From NCBI GenBank assembly GCA_034520665.1, contig JAXHNJ010000001.1, positions 258,579-322,578 on the forward strand: a stretch of 64,000 nucleotides of DNA, written 5' to 3'. The position numbers and the translations under genes are program-made. This document shows, one piece after another, positions 36,625 to 44,057 of the stretch. Source of the DNA: Patescibacteria group bacterium (GTDB taxonomy: Bacteria > Patescibacteriota > Patescibacteriia > JAXHNJ01). Within the stretch, counting starts at the first letter, position 1. Each line of letters opens with the position of its first letter. Under the pieces are notes generated by a model. The model saw only the letters and a list, made by a program, of their open reading frames with translations, ran no database searches and was not told the DNA's origin.

Positions 36625-37194
36625 ATGAGACGCTTTATTTCACTTCTCATGGTTGGCTTGTTGTCATTTACTATGATGGCTAGTATCAGTTGCGAGCGGA
36701 GCGAGACGTCGGTGGAGGCGAAGTCAGATAAAGAGAGAAAAAAAGTTTCCATCCACTATGTAGGTAATGAAAGCCATGAAGATGTTTTAGCCAGTATTAG
36801 GAAAACAGAAAAATTGACTGGACATACTTTTTCCGATGAACAAAAAACTAAAATGCTGCAAGATTTCAGAGATTTTCAGTCAAAAAATAATCCTCAATCT
36901 TCTAAGCTTGCTACCAGTGTTATTACAGCCTACACTTGTTATTATGTCTATAATGGAGATAAAGATCTCAAACTTGAATTCAAGTGGTGGGCCGGACATC
37001 CTCGTTCTTATTACTTTACTACACCGAACTGGACTCTTTACTGGCTAATTAAAGTCTGTTATGGAGGAAATATTTTGAGCTGGACTTGGATGGAAGGTGG
37101 ATACCAGAGAGTATCAGCTATTGTTGGGTCTTGCGTCTATCTTCCTTTAGGTTCTTCTTTTGTCCGTTCTTATCTATGGCTTGTTTATTATTAG
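36625..37194 (+). CDS. secreted/lipoprotein paralog A (Trp/Tyr/Cys-rich C-terminal domain)
   Basis: Signal peptide MRRFISLLMVGLL with Cys at about 22 (SISC). The upstream 85 bp (hairpin, GGAGGTG) is identical to that of the gene at 37574. Confidence 0.45.
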   Translation: MRRFISLLMVGLLSFTMMASISCERSETSVEAKSDKERKKVSIHYVGNESHEDVLASIRKTEKLTGHTFSDEQKTKMLQDFRDFQSKNNPQSSKLATSVITAYTCYYVYNGDKDLKLEFKWWAGHPRSYYFTTPNWTLYWLIKVCYGGNILSWTWMEGGYQRVSAIVGSCVYLPLGSSFVRSYLWLVYY

Positions 37195-37260
37195 CCTTTG
37201 TGTTAGGTAGCTTCTACTTTTACAAAAGTCAGGAGCTACCTAAATTATAATTACTCTATT

Positions 37261-37485
37261 ATGTATATTATCAATATATCTCTTAAAAAATTTATAATAA
37301 TAATTGGATCGTACATTCTTATTGGTATAATATTAAGTTTTATTTTTAAAGATGATCAGGCCAATAATTATTTTGATTTGTTAATTAACCAATTGCCATC
37401 AAGTTTACCAACTCTTTTAGTATATTTATTAGCTCGCTTTTTATACATATTATTTTGGCCAATAGGTATTTTGAGTTTTATATAA
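37261..37485 (+). CDS. small two-TM membrane protein (74 aa)
   Basis: Hydrophobic ORF immediately downstream of paralog A. Confidence 0.35.
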   Translation: MYIINISLKKFIIIIGSYILIGIILSFIFKDDQANNYFDLLINQLPSSLPTLLVYLLARFLYILFWPIGILSFI

Positions 37486-37573
37486 AGAATAAATCCGCGG
37501 TTTGGGTAATTTTCTGTCTATTTACCCAAGCCAAATCATGAACCTTAGCTCTTTGAAAAGGAGGTGAAAAAAG

Positions 37574-38185
37574 ATGAGACGCTTTATTTCACTTCTCATG
37601 GTTGGCTTGTTAGTTTTTATAACTACGGCCAGTGTAAGTTGTGATCGGACGGAAACTCCAGTGAAGGCAAAAAATGATAAGACTGATATTTATCAGGACG
37701 AAGATTTTGTCTCACAGCTTGAAGAAATTCAGCTCTACATGAGTTGGGTGGATAAAGTAGAGCCTTATGTTACGCGCCATCAGGATATGACTTATTCAGT
37801 GGATTGGTCCGGATTTTACACCAGTATTAATAAAAATAACCTGACTAGTCAGGATAAAAAAATACTGGAAGATCTTGAAAAATCTGTGCCTATTGCCAAT
37901 GAAAATATTCTGAATAGCAGTAATAAAGCCCTGCCAAATTCTACGCAGTCTATTTACGAAGTTTGGTACTGGTGGGGTAAAAAGCTCTGCTTTACTGGTG
38001 ATGATGCTGTTTACTGGAGTACTGGCTTTGCTAATGCCGGCTGGGTTATTAATAAACTCGGTGTGCCTGGTGTAGTATTAGGCGCTTATATTGGCTGGGC
38101 CCAAATATTAACCTACCAGTGTGGTGGTTTTTGTCTGGTTAGTTCTTGGCTTTATCCGGCTGCTGTCTGGGTTTATTGCCCGTAA
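37574..38185 (+). CDS. secreted/lipoprotein paralog B (Trp/Gly/Cys-rich C-terminal domain)
   Basis: Same leader and signal peptide as 36625. The mature region has diverged. Confidence 0.45.
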   Translation: MRRFISLLMVGLLVFITTASVSCDRTETPVKAKNDKTDIYQDEDFVSQLEEIQLYMSWVDKVEPYVTRHQDMTYSVDWSGFYTSINKNNLTSQDKKILEDLEKSVPIANENILNSSNKALPNSTQSIYEVWYWWGKKLCFTGDDAVYWSTGFANAGWVINKLGVPGVVLGAYIGWAQILTYQCGGFCLVSSWLYPAAVWVYCP

Positions 38186-38264
38186 AACAACACGGGGGGA
38201 GAAAAAGAAAATTATTTTTCTTCCCCCAATTTTTTAAAATTTATTATTTAGATATAATAAAATT

Positions 38265-38741
38265 ATGGATTATAAAATAATTTCTCTTATTAGCTTTCTA
38301 TTTATTGCCTTAGCTTCAATTTTTTATGGTTTCTATAAAATTAAAAAGGAAAAAGTTTTAAAGAAACCAGTTTTAGCCTTTTTATATTTAATACAAATTA
38401 TAATTTTTGTTGTTTTTATCTATATAGTGACTAAGAGGTATTTGGGTGGCTCGAATTTAACTAATAATAATTTTTTCTTTAAATTTGGACCTTTATTAAT
38501 AATTATTCCAGCCGGGCTTTTTGATTTATACAAAGCTTTTAGCAAGAGTAAAAAAATATTTTATTGGCATCTGTTGGCTTATTTAGTCCTATTAGTTTTT
38601 ATGTCACTGCTTTATTTAAACTTTAATTTAGCTATCTGGCAGGTACAGGTGATGTTTTGTATTACTTTAGTTTTAATTGTTTTTGTGGCTTATAAAGCTA
38701 ATAAGGCTGAACAAGAACACAAAAAAAAGTCAAGAAAATAA
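38265..38741 (+). CDS. polytopic membrane protein (158 aa, about 5 TM)
   Basis: Hydrophobic ORF downstream of paralog B. Confidence 0.4.
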   Translation: MDYKIISLISFLFIALASIFYGFYKIKKEKVLKKPVLAFLYLIQIIIFVVFIYIVTKRYLGGSNLTNNNFFFKFGPLLIIIPAGLFDLYKAFSKSKKIFYWHLLAYLVLLVFMSLLYLNFNLAIWQVQVMFCITLVLIVFVAYKANKAEQEHKKKSRK

Positions 38742-38781
38742 ATAAATTGTTCTTTTAACTTCCAAAAAAAGGAGGTCGCCT

Positions 38782-38829
38782 ATGAAACAAAATAGGTTTG
38801 TCTGGACCACGTTAGTCGTGGCCAATTAA
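38782..38829 (+). CDS. 15-codon leader peptide ORF (MKQNRFVWTTLVVAN), followed at 38834-38898 by a 17-bp-stem hairpin
   Basis: Strong SD GGAGGTCGCC. A paralogous leader MKQNRLTRAMINMAD lies at 40488-40535. The large hairpin TTCGGTATTAAGTACAG/CTGTACTTAGTTACCGAA is conserved in both copies. Confidence 0.35.
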   Translation: MKQNRFVWTTLVVAN

Positions 38830-38935
38830 TTCGTTTCGGTATTAAGTACAGCTCATCTTAAGTTTTTACATCTGTCTGCCTGTACTTAGTTACCGAAAAA
38901 CTTGTTTGTTCTTTGAAAGAAAGAAGGTAACAAAA

Positions 38936-39697
38936 ATGTTAGGCAAGATTTCGGTTTTTACGGTATTAATTCTTTTTGCCAGTTTCTTTTTCCTGCCTGC
39001 CTGCGATACCTTTGATGGGGATTCCGAGAATCCAGTGGGGGTAAATGAGGAAGAAGGTTCTTCTGAAAATCCAAAACCAGAAACCCTGGATTTTCCGGCA
39101 AGCCAATGGAATGAAAATGTAACTCATTCTGATGGTGACTCCATTACTGTTGAAGGGTCAAAAATGGCTGAGCAAAGAAAAATGCTTACTGGAGTCGGCC
39201 AGTATAATTCTTTTCCTTGGAGTTGGCACCTGCCTTTCAGAGGTTGTTGGTATATGACCTGTGGTTATGGTTGTGGCTATCACCAAGGTAATGATTATTA
39301 TTCAACAGATTGGGCTGTAGGAGGAAATCCTTGCGGCTATGAAGTTCTGGCTCCCGGGGCTGGTTGGGTGCTTTGGGCTGGATATAAATCCGGTTATGGA
39401 TATACGGTTTTAATTGAAGCTGGTCCAACAGGCCAGAGTAACGGAAATCGTTATATCTATCGTGTAGCCCACTTGAGTCGCATTGAAGTAGTGCCTGGCT
39501 GGTGGCTTCCCCGAGGATGGAGAATTGGAAGACATGGAAATACTGGAAATTCTACAAATTGTCATATTCATTGGACTGTTTATCGCGGACGTTATGCTGG
39601 GTATGGCAATGTTTATGGGTCCAGTTTTCCGCCCAGTTGGAGTTCAGGAGTTGATGGCTTTAATGGAAATTATGGAAGGTGGTGTTCAAAACAGTAG
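38936..39697 (+). CDS. M23 family metallopeptidase lipoprotein (LytM/lysostaphin-like peptidoglycan hydrolase)
   Basis: Lipobox LPAC. HxxxD motif (YHQGNDY). HxH motif in GNTGNSTNCHIHWTV. Confidence 0.7.
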   Translation: MLGKISVFTVLILFASFFFLPACDTFDGDSENPVGVNEEEGSSENPKPETLDFPASQWNENVTHSDGDSITVEGSKMAEQRKMLTGVGQYNSFPWSWHLPFRGCWYMTCGYGCGYHQGNDYYSTDWAVGGNPCGYEVLAPGAGWVLWAGYKSGYGYTVLIEAGPTGQSNGNRYIYRVAHLSRIEVVPGWWLPRGWRIGRHGNTGNSTNCHIHWTVYRGRYAGYGNVYGSSFPPSWSSGVDGFNGNYGRWCSKQ

Positions 39698-39788
39698 AGG
39701 ACATTTTTGGGTGGAAAGAATACTTAATAAGTATTCTTTCCACCCTTTCTATTTTTTTTAATTAATTAATAAATTATATATAAATCCT

Positions 39789-40448
39789 ATGAAAAAAACA
39801 TCTATTATCTATCTAATTATTATTTTATTAGTAGCCACTATTTTTGGATACTTATTTTTTATTCGAAGTAAAACTAGTGTAAATGATGACAAAATTATTA
39901 TTACGAATAAATCAAATAATAATAATATTAATAAAGTTTTAACAAATCAAAATACATATTTTAATAAAAAACTTGGTTTTAGGGTAGCGCTTCCGAGCTC
40001 TATAAATTTTTGGCAAGAGCAAGAAGGAACTCTTTCTCATCGAAATACTCAAAAAGAAGACCGAGTTACATTTTTATTAAATAATACATCCGGGGATGAT
40101 TATTTTCTTGAGGATCCTTTTTGGGTTGTAGTTCATGTATTAAATTCTCAAGATAAAAATGCTGTTCAATGGGCTGAGTCTGGTATTGATGCTCCGAGAA
40201 TATTAGAAGGATATGGTGAGCTTTCAAAAATTGTTGAAAGTAAAACTATTAAAATAAATAGTATAGAATGTATTGAACAAATTGAAAAAAGCGGAGAAGA
40301 AGCAACTACTTCCGCCTATCAGAAAATAATTTATTGCGTTAATAATAGCAGAATTTATGTAATTGAGGGTTATTCAAAATCAAAAGATGATTTTATGCTT
40401 TATAATGAAATATTTGCTAAATTTGTAGAAAATTTTGAATTTATATAA
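39789..40448 (+). CDS. hypothetical secreted protein (signal anchor)
   Basis: N-terminal TM; no motif recognised. Confidence 0.35.
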   Translation: MKKTSIIYLIIILLVATIFGYLFFIRSKTSVNDDKIIITNKSNNNNINKVLTNQNTYFNKKLGFRVALPSSINFWQEQEGTLSHRNTQKEDRVTFLLNNTSGDDYFLEDPFWVVVHVLNSQDKNAVQWAESGIDAPRILEGYGELSKIVESKTIKINSIECIEQIEKSGEEATTSAYQKIIYCVNNSRIYVIEGYSKSKDDFMLYNEIFAKFVENFEFI

Positions 40449-40641
40449 ATATATGATTCTTCGGATATTATAAAAAGGAGGTGGCCTATGAAACAAAATA
40501 GGTTAACACGAGCCATGATAAACATGGCCGATTAATTCATTTCGGTATTAAGTACAGCTCATCTTAAGTTTTTACATCTGTCTGCCTGTATTTAGTTACC
40601 GAAAAACTTGTTTGTTCTTTGAAAGAAAGAAGGTAACTAAA

Positions 40642-40824
40642 ATGTTAGGCAAGATTTCGGTTTTTACGGTATTAATTCTTTTTGCCAGTTTCTTTTTCCT
40701 GCCTGCCTGCGATACCTTTGATGGCGATTCGGAGAATCCGGTGGGGGTGACTTCACAGGACACGGAGATTTCCCATCAAGACGATCCTGGAATCAGTGAT
40801 TCTGGGGAAGAGACGGGAGAATAA
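40642..40824 (+). CDS. truncated paralog of the M23 lipoprotein: same signal peptide and lipobox, then a short acidic tail
   Basis: First about 45 aa identical to 38936..; shares the upstream leader-peptide/hairpin module. Confidence 0.4.
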   Translation: MLGKISVFTVLILFASFFFLPACDTFDGDSENPVGVTSQDTEISHQDDPGISDSGEETGE

Positions 40825-40860
40825 GAAGTTCTTATCTCCCTCAATTTTTTTACTAAAATT

Positions 40861-41610
40861 ATGCCTTATCCCCATCTTAAATTTCGTAAGAATGCTAAAA
40901 AAGATTTTGAGAGTCTTTGTCTTTTTGTGGATGAAGCGAAATATAGTGAGGGTAGAAACTTAAACTGGGCTGTATTTGAAAAATATCCTCACTTAAAAAA
41001 ATATTTTAATATAAATAAAGACTATAAAATAAAGAATCAGAAAATGTTGCAAAATTTTATTAAACAGAATTATCAAAGTAGAGGCAAGGGTATGGATAAA
41101 GCTTTGAAAAAACATAAAAGAAACTGGCAAAAAGTAGCCCCTAATTTTTTCTTTTTGGTTGATGAGATTTTTAAAAAACGCGAATGGCCTCAAGGAAAAT
41201 ATATTGCTTATGGTACCATCTGGCATCTCTATCCTCGTTATTTAGAAGATAAAACTTTCCAAATTCCTTTTTGGCATTCTAAAGCTAAATATATCTTAGT
41301 AGTAATAGCTCATGAATTGTTGCATTTTATGTTTTATGATTATTTTTATAAGAGGTTAGCAAAATATCATTCTCGTCGATATAATTTTTTTGTTTGGCAT
41401 ATTTCTGAAGTTTTTAATAATCTAATACAAAATTCATCAGCCTGGCTGAATTGTTTTAAAATGAGGTCGCTAATTTATCCCCAGCACAAGAAAATCGTAA
41501 ACCATATTAAGTCTACTTTAGACAAAAAAAGTGAATGGAATCTTGATGATTTGGTAGATCTAATTATTAAGGAAGTAAAAAAAGAATTTAATAAAAAAAA
41601 CATAAATTAG
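40861..41610 (+). CDS. hypothetical protein with HExxH motif (possible zinc metallopeptidase)
   Basis: VIAHELLHFMFYD. Confidence 0.3.
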   Translation: MPYPHLKFRKNAKKDFESLCLFVDEAKYSEGRNLNWAVFEKYPHLKKYFNINKDYKIKNQKMLQNFIKQNYQSRGKGMDKALKKHKRNWQKVAPNFFFLVDEIFKKREWPQGKYIAYGTIWHLYPRYLEDKTFQIPFWHSKAKYILVVIAHELLHFMFYDYFYKRLAKYHSRRYNFFVWHISEVFNNLIQNSSAWLNCFKMRSLIYPQHKKIVNHIKSTLDKKSEWNLDDLVDLIIKEVKKEFNKKNIN

Positions 41611-42053
41611 TCAAAACCCCACAACTTCGTCCAAAAACCAAACAATTTACCCGACCCAACCACCAAAAACCTTCACCTATTGACCAAAAACCAAACAATC
41701 AACCCAACCTAACCACCCCCACCTCTTCCATTGTCTTTTTTCCCAATATATGCTATAATAAAGACACAAAATAAAAATAAATAAACAATATTGTGTTTTT
41801 AGTTATTAAGCTAAATTTTAATATAATTAACAGGGGCGCTTTTCATTATACCTAGCGCTTTTTTTGTTATAAATATAATTTGGAAAAAATGAGTATACAT
41901 ATTTTATCTTTAATTTAAAATTATTAACAGTAGGCTAGAGTTAAATTTTAGTTTGTATATCTTCTCTTATCTAATAGAGAAGTTAAATAAATCATCATTT
42001 TTTTTGGCTGGGGTTTACTAGTTATATTGTTTTTAAGAAATAAATAATGATAG

Positions 42054-43367
42054 ATGACATATAAATTATTACATTTTTTATTATCTCCGATATTTAAAAA
42101 TTGGATTAAATCTGTAAAGGGTATAGAAAATATTCCGAAAAGAGGTGGAGTTATAATTGCTCTAAATCATAAAAGTTTTTTTGATTTTTTGTGTTTTACT
42201 GCTATTTGTCCTAGGGAAATAAATTTTCTGGCGGCTGAAAAGTTTTTTAAAAGTAAACTATGGTTTCCTTTAATGAAATTAACCAATCAGATAAGAGTCA
42301 ACCGGGATCAAAAGGATAAAGCCGATGTTTACAAAAAAGTTCTTAGGGTTTTGGAAGAAGGAAAAATATTAGGAATATTTCCAGAAGGAACAAGATCCCG
42401 TAGTGGTAAAATTCAAAAAGCATATCCTGGAGTTGCTAAAATAGCTTTTTTGTCAAAGGTTCCCGTCATTCCAGTTGGTATAAAAGGTACTTTTAATATT
42501 TTACCTCCACATAGAAAAATTCCCAGATTGAAAAAATGTACGATTAAAATTGGTGAGCCAGTATACTTCAATAAGTTCTATAATAGAATAAAAACTGGCT
42601 CTTTATTTAGAAATATTTCGCATTTTTTGATGCATAATATAAGTGATTTGAGTAAAGAAGATTACAATCATTTTATTAGAAGAAATTTTTCTTTTTTAAA
42701 AAAAAGCTCATCTAAAAACGTAGTTTTCTTTGATGTAGATAATGTCTTAATAAAAGGCCAAAGTTATAGGCTATTTATAAATTATTTATTTAAAAATAAA
42801 TTTATTTCTTTTGCGGATTATATTTATACAAATTTTTTATTTTTTATTTATGATTTAGGTATTATAAAAAATTCTGATTGGTTTAGGGAGAAACAATTTT
42901 TCGTACTAAAAAAAATTCATATAAAAAAAATTAAAAAAAATTTAAAAAATTATTTAAAAATAATTAAAGATAGAATATTTAAAGAAGCTTTGAAAGAAAT
43001 TAAGGTACACAAAAAAAATGGCGATATTATAGTGTTGTTTTCTACAAACGTTAAGGATATTATTAAGCCATTAGTGGAGATGGTAGATGCGGATTTATTA
43101 GTTGCTACGGAGTTAAGTCTAAGGGGCGGCTATTATACAGGGAAAATTATTGGCTATTCGCCTCATGGTGACAGAAAAGTTTCAGTGGTACAAAATTTTA
43201 TTAAAAAACATGATTTTGATCTAAGAAATATTTATGCTTATGCGGATCATATTACGGATTTAGATTTATTAGAATTTGTCAGATATCCAAATGTAGTAAA
43301 TCCTGATAAAAGATTAAAAAGAATAGCTAAAAAAAGAGATTGGAATATACATAATTGGTTTAATTAA
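42054..43367 (+). CDS. 1-acyl-sn-glycerol-3-phosphate acyltransferase (PlsC-like) fused to a C-terminal HAD-IB hydrolase-like domain
   Basis: NHKSFFDF (HxxxxD) and FPEGTRS acyltransferase motifs. C-terminal VVFFDVDNVL (DxDx[TV]) HAD motif I. Confidence 0.65.
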   Translation: MTYKLLHFLLSPIFKNWIKSVKGIENIPKRGGVIIALNHKSFFDFLCFTAICPREINFLAAEKFFKSKLWFPLMKLTNQIRVNRDQKDKADVYKKVLRVLEEGKILGIFPEGTRSRSGKIQKAYPGVAKIAFLSKVPVIPVGIKGTFNILPPHRKIPRLKKCTIKIGEPVYFNKFYNRIKTGSLFRNISHFLMHNISDLSKEDYNHFIRRNFSFLKKSSSKNVVFFDVDNVLIKGQSYRLFINYLFKNKFISFADYIYTNFLFFIYDLGIIKNSDWFREKQFFVLKKIHIKKIKKNLKNYLKIIKDRIFKEALKEIKVHKKNGDIIVLFSTNVKDIIKPLVEMVDADLLVATELSLRGGYYTGKIIGYSPHGDRKVSVVQNFIKKHDFDLRNIYAYADHITDLDLLEFVRYPNVVNPDKRLKRIAKKRDWNIHNWFN

Positions 43368-43373
43368 AATATT

Positions 43374-44054
43374 ATGAATAAAAATAGAATTTTTCCGAAA
43401 AAATTAGTGGTTCTTTTTGATGTCGATAAAACATTATTTGATGAACAAACACAAAAGCTTTTTATTAAATTTTTATATAAAAAAGGTAAAATTAGTCCAT
43501 TTAAATTAATAAAATTATTATTAACCTTCTTTCTTTACAAATTACATCTTTTGCCTTTTGTGGGTAATATTAGAGAAAAAGCTTTTGAAATTACAAAAGG
43601 ATGGAATATTCAAGAAATTGAAAATTTATCAAAAGAATTTTTTAATAAAATATTACTTGATCATTTAATTAATAAATCTAAGGAAGAGATTATAAAACAT
43701 AAAAAAAAGGGTAATATCGTTGTATTATTTTCTACATCCTGGGATATGATTATTAAACCGATTAAAGAATATTTAAAAACAGATTACCAAATTTCAACGG
43801 AAATTGAATGCAAAGAAAATATTTTTACCGGTAAGATAAAAGGTAAGGCTGTATATGGTTTAGATAAAGTAAAAATAATTAAAAAGTTTTTAAAAAATAA
43901 TAATTTAGATAAAAATAAAATTATAGCATACGCCGATCATATATCTGATTATAATTTGCTCAGATTTGTTGATGTCCCTATAGTAGTTAATCCCGACTAT
44001 AAATTAAAGAAAATTGCAGAAAAAAATAATTGGTTAATAAATAATTGGAAATAA
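43374..44054 (+). CDS. HAD-IB superfamily hydrolase
   Basis: VVLFDVDKTL motif I. Paralogous to the C-terminal domain of the upstream gene (AYADHI[ST]D). Confidence 0.55.
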   Translation: MNKNRIFPKKLVVLFDVDKTLFDEQTQKLFIKFLYKKGKISPFKLIKLLLTFFLYKLHLLPFVGNIREKAFEITKGWNIQEIENLSKEFFNKILLDHLINKSKEEIIKHKKKGNIVVLFSTSWDMIIKPIKEYLKTDYQISTEIECKENIFTGKIKGKAVYGLDKVKIIKKFLKNNNLDKNKIIAYADHISDYNLLRFVDVPIVVNPDYKLKKIAEKNNWLINNWK

Positions 44055-44057
44055 ATA

